From: Patescibacteria group bacterium
GTDB lineage: Bacteria > Patescibacteriota > Microgenomatia > UBA1400 > PJMF01
DNA: 64,000 bases
Assembly (NCBI GenBank): GCA_049322655.1
Contig: JBMORP010000002.1
Span: 32,923 to 96,922 of the forward strand
Direction of reading: 5' to 3'
Positions 19,513 through 27,344 of the stretch are shown here, piece by piece. Below the pieces are notes generated by a model, which worked only from the letters and a program-made list of their open reading frames with translations, was not told where the DNA came from and searched no databases. The translations under genes were made by a program, and so were the position numbers. The stretch's first letter is position 1. Every line of letters starts with the position of its first letter.

Positions 19513-19541
19513 GAAAGGGCGCCCCACAAGGGCGCCCTTTC
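19513..19541 (+). terminator. Strong hairpin terminator of the GC-rich cassette
   Basis: GAAAGGGCGCCC-cacaa-GGGCGCCCTTTC. Confidence 0.75.
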
Positions 19542-19573
19542 TACGTTAAAAAGCCTTTGTATATAATACAACT

Positions 19574-19843
19574 ATGATTAAAAACCCAGAACAACAACAT
19601 AAACCAAACTACAGTAGTGGTGAGTGGTTAGACTCCTTAACTTACTTTCAAGTCGATGATCTAGTTACTTGCCCCAGTAAACATGGTGATTTAGTCTTGA
19701 AAATTACCCAGATTAGACCAGTTAGACCTGGTGATTACAAATTTGCCCTTCACACCCAATATGTTGAACTTAGTGATCAACATGGCGTAATAGAAAGTAA
19801 TATTTCTGCAGCCCTGATTCAACTAGTTAAAACTGAAAAATAG
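19574..19843 (+). CDS. Hypothetical protein (89 aa)
   Basis: TATAAT 6 nt before the ATG; host-like codon usage. Confidence 0.65.
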   Translation: MIKNPEQQHKPNYSSGEWLDSLTYFQVDDLVTCPSKHGDLVLKITQIRPVRPGDYKFALHTQYVELSDQHGVIESNISAALIQLVKTEK

Positions 19844-19932
19844 AGGGTTGCCTCTCATTTTTTTCACTTTACAATCACAAAAGAGATCAAACAGAGTTAT
19901 TGCTAGTTAAATCTGATCTCAAGAAAGAGGAT

Positions 19933-20055
19933 ATGGAAAGATTTACTCCTCCAGGTGCTAGAAAATGGGAAAGTTGGGTTCCAGAAGATACAAACGAGGA
20001 AACTCAAAATCCTGGTACTCCTCCAGAAGACTTGGATCTCCCAGAAGAAGAATAG
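19933..20055 (+). CDS. Unlisted 40-aa acidic/Pro-rich small protein
   Basis: MERFTPPGARKWESWVPEDTNEETQNPGTPPEDLDLPEEE*, preceded by AAAGAGGA. Confidence 0.5.
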   Translation: MERFTPPGARKWESWVPEDTNEETQNPGTPPEDLDLPEEE

Positions 20056-20106
20056 TCTATTGCTTCCTTGCTAATCAGTTGGAAATAACCGTATAATGGA
20101 AGAATT

Positions 20107-21867
20107 ATGGATTCTTTCCAACGCTCTCAATATTCTATTTTCAATAAAAATAAACAACCAATTGAAAAGCCAGAAGGTAAACCAAAACCAACAATTGAAC
20201 AAACTCCAACCAGCTCAAAAATAACCCCAGAGCTACCACCAGTTGAACCACAAACAACTATTCTTCAAACTAATTTTACTGGTAATCAGTCAAACAGAAA
20301 AAAAGCATTCATCAAACCATTACTATGGCTATTTGGCTTAGTTTTACTAGGAATATTTTTCTTTTCTGTGGGCTATTACCTGCAAAACAGAAACTATAAC
20401 CAAGTTCAATCACCAGAAATAAAAATCAAAGATGTCGGTGAGATTTTGTTAGAAAAATTTGCTACCAAAGAAACCTTACCAGCTGGAACAGTCCTAATTA
20501 AACTGTGGATGGATAGTAATAATGATGGTAAGCATGATTCATGGGAAAACAACCAATATGATATCGGTGCCAATATTAGAAAAAAAGGTGAAGAAGCAGC
20601 CTTTTTATGGGTGGAAACAGATGGTGAAGGAATAATCAGACTAACTGGACTCGATAATAAAGAAAAATTTGAGATTAGTTATTATGTCATTGATCGTGGC
20701 AACACTTACAACCAAGACAGACATTTCTACGGACAATTAAACTATGAAATCTTTCAATCAACCGATGGCTCAACCGGAAAAATCTTTGGTGAATGGCGAG
20801 ATTTAAAAATTAATGACACTGGAGCAGAAATTACGCTAGGATTGAGAGAATATAAACCAGACAAATTATTTGTCACTCAAGCTAGTGCTGCCATTCTTTA
20901 TGATGCAGAAGGCAAGCAATTTGCCTCTAGTAGTATTTTTAGTAACAGCACTCTCCCGATTCAATTTGAAATTAGAGATAACCATATTTTTTACGTAAAA
21001 GATGGAGTTCTTTATAAAAATAATCCACTGGTAAACATGGTTTACTCTCAACAGGTTTTCAATCAAATCAATATCAGTGATGATAGCTTTTGGTCAATCT
21101 CACCAAGTGGTTCAGCAATTATTTATGGCGACAACAATGCCGCTTATTTTAGAAACCAGGAGAATGCTTGTGGCAAACAACAGCTTTACTATGAAAACAA
21201 ACCAATTGCTCTCTATACTCAGTCCTATCCTCATGATCCTGTTGGAGTCAGATTTGGAGATGATCACCAAGCCATCATCTATGGCAGAGTAGAGAATAAC
21301 TACCACTATTACTTAGTCGGTTGTAGTAACAACCAATTAACTATTAAACAGCTACCAATCGAAAGACAGTGGTATGGTGGCATTTTTGCACGACATAATC
21401 GCTTTGTTATCAAAGGACCAGTCACTCATCAAAACCAAACCTACGGAGAAGGTCTTTATGTTTATAAATTGGATGAAGACAAAATCGAGAGAATTGGGGG
21501 TGATGAACTTAATACTACTTATTTCGTGGCTAATGCTTATGATGGCCGTTACACTATCTTGGCCAATACTGAGGAAGATCAACTAAAAATACTCAATTTT
21601 GATTCAGCTACTGAAATTAAGATCCTTAATTTTGAGATTAAACCGTTTTTTAAACAGTATGATCGTCACGGTTTGGCAAATGGTAACTTTACCTACCTAG
21701 GTAAAGATAGTTTCATGTTTATTGATCGCTTTGGTCAATGTGGCCAAAATCAAGCTTGTGCTGAAGTTAAATCATTCAAAATAGCTGGCACAACTATTAA
21801 TGTGACTGATTTAGTAACTATTAAAGACGTCTACCCAATGAGAGTGATTGGAGAAATTAGCAAATGA
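20107..21867 (+). CDS. Membrane-anchored surface protein (SdrD-B-like Ig segment plus probable beta-propeller)
   Basis: Single TM helix; LWMDSNNDGKHD Ca-loop; beta-rich C-terminus with WSISPSG. Confidence 0.7.
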   Translation: MDSFQRSQYSIFNKNKQPIEKPEGKPKPTIEQTPTSSKITPELPPVEPQTTILQTNFTGNQSNRKKAFIKPLLWLFGLVLLGIFFFSVGYYLQNRNYNQVQSPEIKIKDVGEILLEKFATKETLPAGTVLIKLWMDSNNDGKHDSWENNQYDIGANIRKKGEEAAFLWVETDGEGIIRLTGLDNKEKFEISYYVIDRGNTYNQDRHFYGQLNYEIFQSTDGSTGKIFGEWRDLKINDTGAEITLGLREYKPDKLFVTQASAAILYDAEGKQFASSSIFSNSTLPIQFEIRDNHIFYVKDGVLYKNNPLVNMVYSQQVFNQINISDDSFWSISPSGSAIIYGDNNAAYFRNQENACGKQQLYYENKPIALYTQSYPHDPVGVRFGDDHQAIIYGRVENNYHYYLVGCSNNQLTIKQLPIERQWYGGIFARHNRFVIKGPVTHQNQTYGEGLYVYKLDEDKIERIGGDELNTTYFVANAYDGRYTILANTEEDQLKILNFDSATEIKILNFEIKPFFKQYDRHGLANGNFTYLGKDSFMFIDRFGQCGQNQACAEVKSFKIAGTTINVTDLVTIKDVYPMRVIGEISK

Positions 21868-23108
21868 AAAAACCTATCAATGTTATTTTATTGACTTTAA
21901 TCTCACTAATAGTAGCTACTGCTTCAACTTGGTTTGGCTGGCAAGTTGCCGCTAACAATTTAAATCAACCAGAACCAGAAAACCAAGCCGTAGTTAACCA
22001 AAAGGTTGAGGTTTATTTTTATCGTACCGATGGAATTTACCGAGTTACTAGTGACCAAGATACTCCTCAAAAAATCGTTGAAACCAACTATGACCGTGAT
22101 AAACCATATTACTTTAGTCCTAGTTTTGACCTTATGGGAGAAAATAGTAATTGGCTAGTCTATAAAGATGTCATCGGCAAAAATGATGAAACTAATGAAG
22201 TCTTTTTTGGTCTAGTGGTGTATGACATGACTGAGAATAAGCCTATCTTTAATTTCGATGACAAAGAAAGCTCTGTGACTAGTCTTATGGTTTCTCCAAA
22301 CAAAAACAAATTAGTTTTTGTTGTTAACCGCAAAGACCCTAACAAAGAAATCTCTCAAGGTCATGAACCATTTTATCAAGAACTCCTAGTTTGGGATGGC
22401 AAAAGCAACCAACCAGAAAAAGTCTTAACTGAAGCTAGTGGCTTTTTTGGACTTGGTTTGGGCATCTGGCTAGATAATGAAACCATTACCCTTGGTCGAG
22501 GTTATGAGGGTATTTCTTACTGTAAATTTAATTTAACAACTGATAAAGAACTACCCCAAAACTGTGAAGGCTATGGTTCTTCAAGTTATGGCGGTATGGA
22601 AAACCTAGTCACCTTAGTTGATGGCTGGCTTTATGGCTACCGTTATGAGTGGTCAGAAATGACTGGCACCAGAAATCCTAGTAAAGGCATCTTCAAACAA
22701 CAACCAAATAACAATAAAATTTATCTTAGTAATGATGTCCCATCAGACTTAGTGGTCGGCCAGAACCAGCTTTACTATCTTAGAAGCAATCTCGATAGCT
22801 CCAGGTATATTTATAACGGCGTTGATAGTGACTTATATCTAGTGGCTAAAGATGGCTCTTTTACCAAGAGGTTAACCAATGATGGTAATAGTGTTATGGC
22901 CAAATCAAACCTCGATCTATCAAGTGATCAAAGATTTATTAGCTATCAAATAACCGATATTAGTAATATTCCTCCAACCGAGAATAACCTTGAAACTACT
23001 CAAGACAACTCAACTATTTGGCTATATGACACTCAATTAAATAAATATTATCAAATTGCCGAAAAAGGCCTAGCCCCTCAAGTGGTAGTCAAAAATCTAA
23101 CAAATTAA
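21864..23108 (+). CDS. Exported TolB-like beta-propeller protein
   Basis: N-terminal signal/TM; VSPNKNKLVF, KRLTND, LSSDQRFISY PD40-like repeats; 4-bp overlap with the upstream gene. Confidence 0.7.
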   Translation: MKKPINVILLTLISLIVATASTWFGWQVAANNLNQPEPENQAVVNQKVEVYFYRTDGIYRVTSDQDTPQKIVETNYDRDKPYYFSPSFDLMGENSNWLVYKDVIGKNDETNEVFFGLVVYDMTENKPIFNFDDKESSVTSLMVSPNKNKLVFVVNRKDPNKEISQGHEPFYQELLVWDGKSNQPEKVLTEASGFFGLGLGIWLDNETITLGRGYEGISYCKFNLTTDKELPQNCEGYGSSSYGGMENLVTLVDGWLYGYRYEWSEMTGTRNPSKGIFKQQPNNNKIYLSNDVPSDLVVGQNQLYYLRSNLDSSRYIYNGVDSDLYLVAKDGSFTKRLTNDGNSVMAKSNLDLSSDQRFISYQITDISNIPPTENNLETTQDNSTIWLYDTQLNKYYQIAEKGLAPQVVVKNLTN

Positions 23109-23173
23109 TTACCAATTTAAAAATAGTAAAAAAAGACCAGTCTAATTTTATTTTTTTATGGTATAAAACGCTC

Positions 23174-24367
23174 ATGAAAAAAATCTTTTTCTTGTTGGGT
23201 AATAACTTACTCAATAAATTTTCAACCCACCTGCTAAAAATAATTCCAGATCTAACTATCATTGAATGTAGTAGTAAACCACAAAAAAGCCCACACCATC
23301 TTTTACTACCCAAAGGAAAAGAGTTTGAAACCATCGTAAAATTTAGTGAAAACAAACAAGTAGTTGGAGTTTTAAATAGAGCAGATCATTATGAGAACCT
23401 TCATGGTAAATTAGTTGATTACTTTGAAGTACCTGGACCATCTTTTGCTGCAATCAACCAAGTTGGAAATAAAGCTAACTTACATCTATTAATGGATGAT
23501 CTAAACCTCCAACTATTCAGACCTAAAACCATTATTTGCCAACTTACTGAAGTTGCTGAATTATTAAAAAACATCCAGTTCCCAGTCATGCTTAAACCTT
23601 TTGTTGGAGCTCATAGTCGGGGGGTAACAAAACTGGAATCAGTTGATGATTTTAATCACGTTTATCCTCAACTCTATGAACATTTTTTAGCAGAACCAGC
23701 CGCAGAAGATCCAAATAACAAAACCGTATTGATTGAAGAATACTTACCAGGAAAACAAATCACTCCTATTTGCTATGTTGATAGTAAAGGAAAAGTTCAC
23801 TTTATTTCACTAGTGAAAATTACTAATGCTAGAGATCTTAATCAAAACCACTACCAAATTATTTACCGAACTACTCCTTCAAATACTAAAGAACCAATTC
23901 AGCAAAAAATGAAGTTTGTCTTGCAAAAAATTGCTAAAGCTAGCTTGCTTAAAGAGACATTTTTGGACCCAGAGTTTTTTGTTGATGGCGACAACATCTA
24001 TTTGATCGAAATTAATGTCAGAATGGGTGGTTTCAGGCAAGAGTTAGCCAAACCTGCTTTTGATATTGATTTGGAAAAAATGATCGCTCAACTAGCCTTA
24101 AGACAAGAAGTCGAAGATCAATTTAATGTCATTGGTAGTGCCACTGCTTGTGAAATTTGGGAACAACAGGCTGGAACTATTAAAAAAATTAAAATTCCTA
24201 AAAGCAAACACATCGCCCATTCAAGGATTAACTTTAACCCAGGAGATTACTATGAGGCTCCTCCTGAAGGAAACAAAGCTTTAGGTAGTTTTTATGTTCG
24301 TTCTCGCGAAAAATCTCTTAAAATTGCCAAAGCTTTACGCAATAAAGTTGTAGTTGAGTTTGAATAG
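23174..24367 (+). CDS. ATP-grasp domain ligase of unknown substrate
   Basis: FPVMLKP..GAHSRGV, LIEEYLPG, IEINVRMGG. Confidence 0.85.
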   Translation: MKKIFFLLGNNLLNKFSTHLLKIIPDLTIIECSSKPQKSPHHLLLPKGKEFETIVKFSENKQVVGVLNRADHYENLHGKLVDYFEVPGPSFAAINQVGNKANLHLLMDDLNLQLFRPKTIICQLTEVAELLKNIQFPVMLKPFVGAHSRGVTKLESVDDFNHVYPQLYEHFLAEPAAEDPNNKTVLIEEYLPGKQITPICYVDSKGKVHFISLVKITNARDLNQNHYQIIYRTTPSNTKEPIQQKMKFVLQKIAKASLLKETFLDPEFFVDGDNIYLIEINVRMGGFRQELAKPAFDIDLEKMIAQLALRQEVEDQFNVIGSATACEIWEQQAGTIKKIKIPKSKHIAHSRINFNPGDYYEAPPEGNKALGSFYVRSREKSLKIAKALRNKVVVEFE

Positions 24368-24425
24368 ACTTATAAAAGAGGTGAAAGCTTCTCCCCTCGA
24401 ATCCTTTTTAAAACATGCGACTTGT

Positions 24426-24752
24426 TTACTTTAAATGATTGGGAATATTTGATCGATTAGTTAATTCAATTTTAATCACTCCCCATATTTCATAACCAGT
24501 TAGAATTGGTAAATCAGTTGGAGAAAATACAGATATTTGAGCAAAATTTACTTCTAATTTTTGACCATGATTAAACTCTTGAATCAATAACATTGGATCA
24601 CCATTCGCTGGATTATCTTTTGCTACTAAAACTAAATCATAACCAGAATCCTGCCAATCAGGTATTACTGCCGCAGCATAACCTTCTTCAATAATAACTT
24701 CTTGTTGATTGAAATGTGGATGATCTGGTGAAATTTCTATACGAAATGGCAT
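24426..24752 (-). CDS. Hypothetical protein (108 aa)
   Basis: Clean ORF directly downstream of tRNA-His. Confidence 0.6.
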   Translation of the reverse strand: MPFRIEISPDHPHFNQQEVIIEEGYAAAVIPDWQDSGYDLVLVAKDNPANGDPMLLIQEFNHGQKLEVNFAQISVFSPTDLPILTGYEIWGVIKIELTNRSNIPNHLK

Positions 24753-24764
24753 AAAAATTAAATG

Positions 24765-24838
<74 letters not shown>

Positions 24839-24863
24839 ATATTTTAAAAGTTAGCAAAACAAG

Positions 24864-24937
24864 TGCGCCAAGCAGGATTCGAACCTGCGACCTACTGCTT
24901 AGAAGGCAGTTGCTCTATCCAGCTGAGCTATTGGCGC
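24864..24937 (-). tRNA. tRNA-Arg(TCT)
   Basis: GCGCCAA/TTGGCGC acceptor, anticodon arm ACTGC-CTTCTAA-GCAGT, GTTCGAAT. Confidence 0.95.
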
Positions 24938-25046
24938 TGAACTATTAACAGATCCGTATTTTCTCAGAAAAGTTTGTTTTTTACCAGATCTATTCAGCCT
25001 CCTATTATACTCCAAACTTGCTACCCCTGATATGATATCTAGATTG

Positions 25047-27284
25047 ATGGAATTTAAACTACACACCCCTTATCAACCAACCGGCGATCAGCCAACAGCC
25101 ATAGATAAACTCACTAGCAGTATTAATGAAGGTCAACCTCATCAAACTCTACTCGGAGTAACTGGTTCTGGAAAAACCTTTACCATGGCCAATGTGATTG
25201 CTAATACTCAAAAGCCAACCCTGGTAATTGCTCATAACAAAACACTAGCTGCTCAACTTTATCAAGAATTAAGAGATTTTTTCCCAGAAAATGCAGTGAG
25301 TTATTTTGTGTCTTACTATGACTATTACCAACCAGAAGCTTATATTCCCACTACTGATACCTACATCGAAAAAGAAGCTGATATTAATGACGAAATCGAT
25401 AAGCTCAGATTAGCTGCCACAACCAACTTACTCACCAGAAAAGATGTCATCGTGGTAGCTTCGGTCTCTTGTATTTATAACCTTGGCTCGCCAATTGAGT
25501 ACGGTAAGAATATTTTTAGATTTGTTGAAGGGGAAGTTATTTCTCAACATAGTTTTTTGTTGAGACTGGCCCAATTACAATATGAGCGCAGTACCACTGA
25601 TCTAAAAAGAGGAACCTTCAGAGTCAGGGGTGATAACATTCAGCTTTGGCCAGCTTATCAAGACAATGCTTTAACTATTGAAACTTTAGAAAACAAAATA
25701 ACTAGAATTACTGAAATAAACCCCATTAGTGGTGAAACAATCCCTCCTCAAATGAGAGACCTCCAAAGCCAACAATACACTATTTACCCAGCCAAACATT
25801 ACACCATGAATCCTAAAACTCAAGATGAGGGTATTAGGGAAATTGAAAGAGATCTTAAACTTAGAGTTACAGAACTTGAGAGCACTGGTAAAACACTGGA
25901 AGCCTACCGTTTAAAACAGAAAGTTACTTATGATTTGGAGATGATCAAAGAGTTTGGTTTTGTTAACGGGATTGAAAACTACTCACGCCACTTTGATGGT
26001 AGAAAACCAGGAGATCCGCCATTCACCTTGTTAGACTATTTTAAAGAAAACACCAAGATCTTTAACCAAACTTCTTTTTTAACGATCATTGATGAAAGTC
26101 ATATGACAATTCCTCAAATCAGAGGGATGTTTCATGGTGATAGATCAAGAAAAGAGACTTTGATCGAATATGGTTTTAGACTTCCTAGTGCTTTGGATAA
26201 CAGGCCATTACAACAACATGAGTTTTTAACTAGAACTCCACAAAACTTATATGTCTCTGCTACTCCCAATGATTGGGAACTTCAACAAGCTGGAGAACAT
26301 GTCGCAGAGCAATTAATCAGACCGACTGGCCTAACCGATCCAATTATTGAGCTCAGACCAACCAATCATCAAATTGAAGATTTAGTGATTGAAGTCTTAA
26401 GAAGAAAAGCTCTGGGTCAAAGAACGTTAGTTACAACACTCACTAAAAAAATGGCTGAGGCCCTCACTGATTATTTAAACAATCAAGAAAAAATCGATGC
26501 TCTAGTCACGGACTTCAAACAAAGGCAAGCGCAATTAAACTCAACAACTAGCTACCAACAACGTGAATTTATTCCAATCGAACAAATAGCAGTTGGACCT
26601 TTGGCTGATGATTTTTACGTTCAACTTGATCCACTTAAAAACTACCAACTAACTGAATATCCCAAAGTTGCTTACCTGCACTCAGATATTGAAACTCTGG
26701 AGAGATCAGATATTCTGGATGACCTCAGAAAAGGAGAGTACGATGTTTTGGTCGGAATCAATCTCTTGAGAGAGGGGCTAGATTTACCAGAAGTAAGTCT
26801 TGTAGCAATTCTCGATGCTGACAAAGAAGGCTTCTTGCGGTCTACTACTTCATTGGTCCAAACCATGGGTAGAGCAGCCAGACATGAAACCGGTAAAACT
26901 ATCTTGTTTGCTGATAATATGACTCGTTCAATGAAACAAGCCATTGAAGAGACTCAACGTCGTAGAGAAGTTCAAGTGGCTTATAACCTTAAATACGACA
27001 TTACCCCAGCAGGAATTAATAAACCAATCAGAGAAAAACTCCTATTGAGAGAAGATAAAGATCCTGTTGAAGAAAAATTTAAACTTAAGAAAAAAGGGCT
27101 GGTTATTCAACTAAGCAAAAAAGACTTTATTGATCTGGAAGAGTTAGAACCTGCTGGATTGACACCAGCAGAAAAACAAAAACTACTTAAAAAACTTGAT
27201 CTTAAAATGCGCCGGGCCGCGGCTGACTTGGATTTTGAACTAGCAGCTATTTTGCGAGACAAAATTCAAGCTTTGAAGCATTAA
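25047..27284 (+). CDS. uvrB: Excinuclease ABC subunit B
   Basis: GVTGSGKT, FVSYYDYYQPEAY, DESH, GINLLREGLD, C-terminal UVR motif FELAAILRD. Confidence 0.97.
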   Translation: MEFKLHTPYQPTGDQPTAIDKLTSSINEGQPHQTLLGVTGSGKTFTMANVIANTQKPTLVIAHNKTLAAQLYQELRDFFPENAVSYFVSYYDYYQPEAYIPTTDTYIEKEADINDEIDKLRLAATTNLLTRKDVIVVASVSCIYNLGSPIEYGKNIFRFVEGEVISQHSFLLRLAQLQYERSTTDLKRGTFRVRGDNIQLWPAYQDNALTIETLENKITRITEINPISGETIPPQMRDLQSQQYTIYPAKHYTMNPKTQDEGIREIERDLKLRVTELESTGKTLEAYRLKQKVTYDLEMIKEFGFVNGIENYSRHFDGRKPGDPPFTLLDYFKENTKIFNQTSFLTIIDESHMTIPQIRGMFHGDRSRKETLIEYGFRLPSALDNRPLQQHEFLTRTPQNLYVSATPNDWELQQAGEHVAEQLIRPTGLTDPIIELRPTNHQIEDLVIEVLRRKALGQRTLVTTLTKKMAEALTDYLNNQEKIDALVTDFKQRQAQLNSTTSYQQREFIPIEQIAVGPLADDFYVQLDPLKNYQLTEYPKVAYLHSDIETLERSDILDDLRKGEYDVLVGINLLREGLDLPEVSLVAILDADKEGFLRSTTSLVQTMGRAARHETGKTILFADNMTRSMKQAIEETQRRREVQVAYNLKYDITPAGINKPIREKLLLREDKDPVEEKFKLKKKGLVIQLSKKDFIDLEELEPAGLTPAEKQKLLKKLDLKMRRAAADLDFELAAILRDKIQALKH

Positions 27285-27344
27285 AGTTTGTAAGTTAGAC
27301 AGTCGAAAAATTCCCGAATACAGGCTATAATGGAGTTTCTTTTT

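Noticed and set aside
18884-19566. Minus-strand ORFs of 197 and 194 aa and the alternate-frame ORF over the GC-rich islet
   Set aside because: Promoter, SD, codon bias and terminator all favour the + frame from 18945; long shadow ORFs are expected with this codon bias. The 194-aa antisense ORF is not strictly excluded.
26481-26660. Intein in UvrB
   Set aside because: No N-terminal Cys/Ser or C-terminal His-Asn, and too short.
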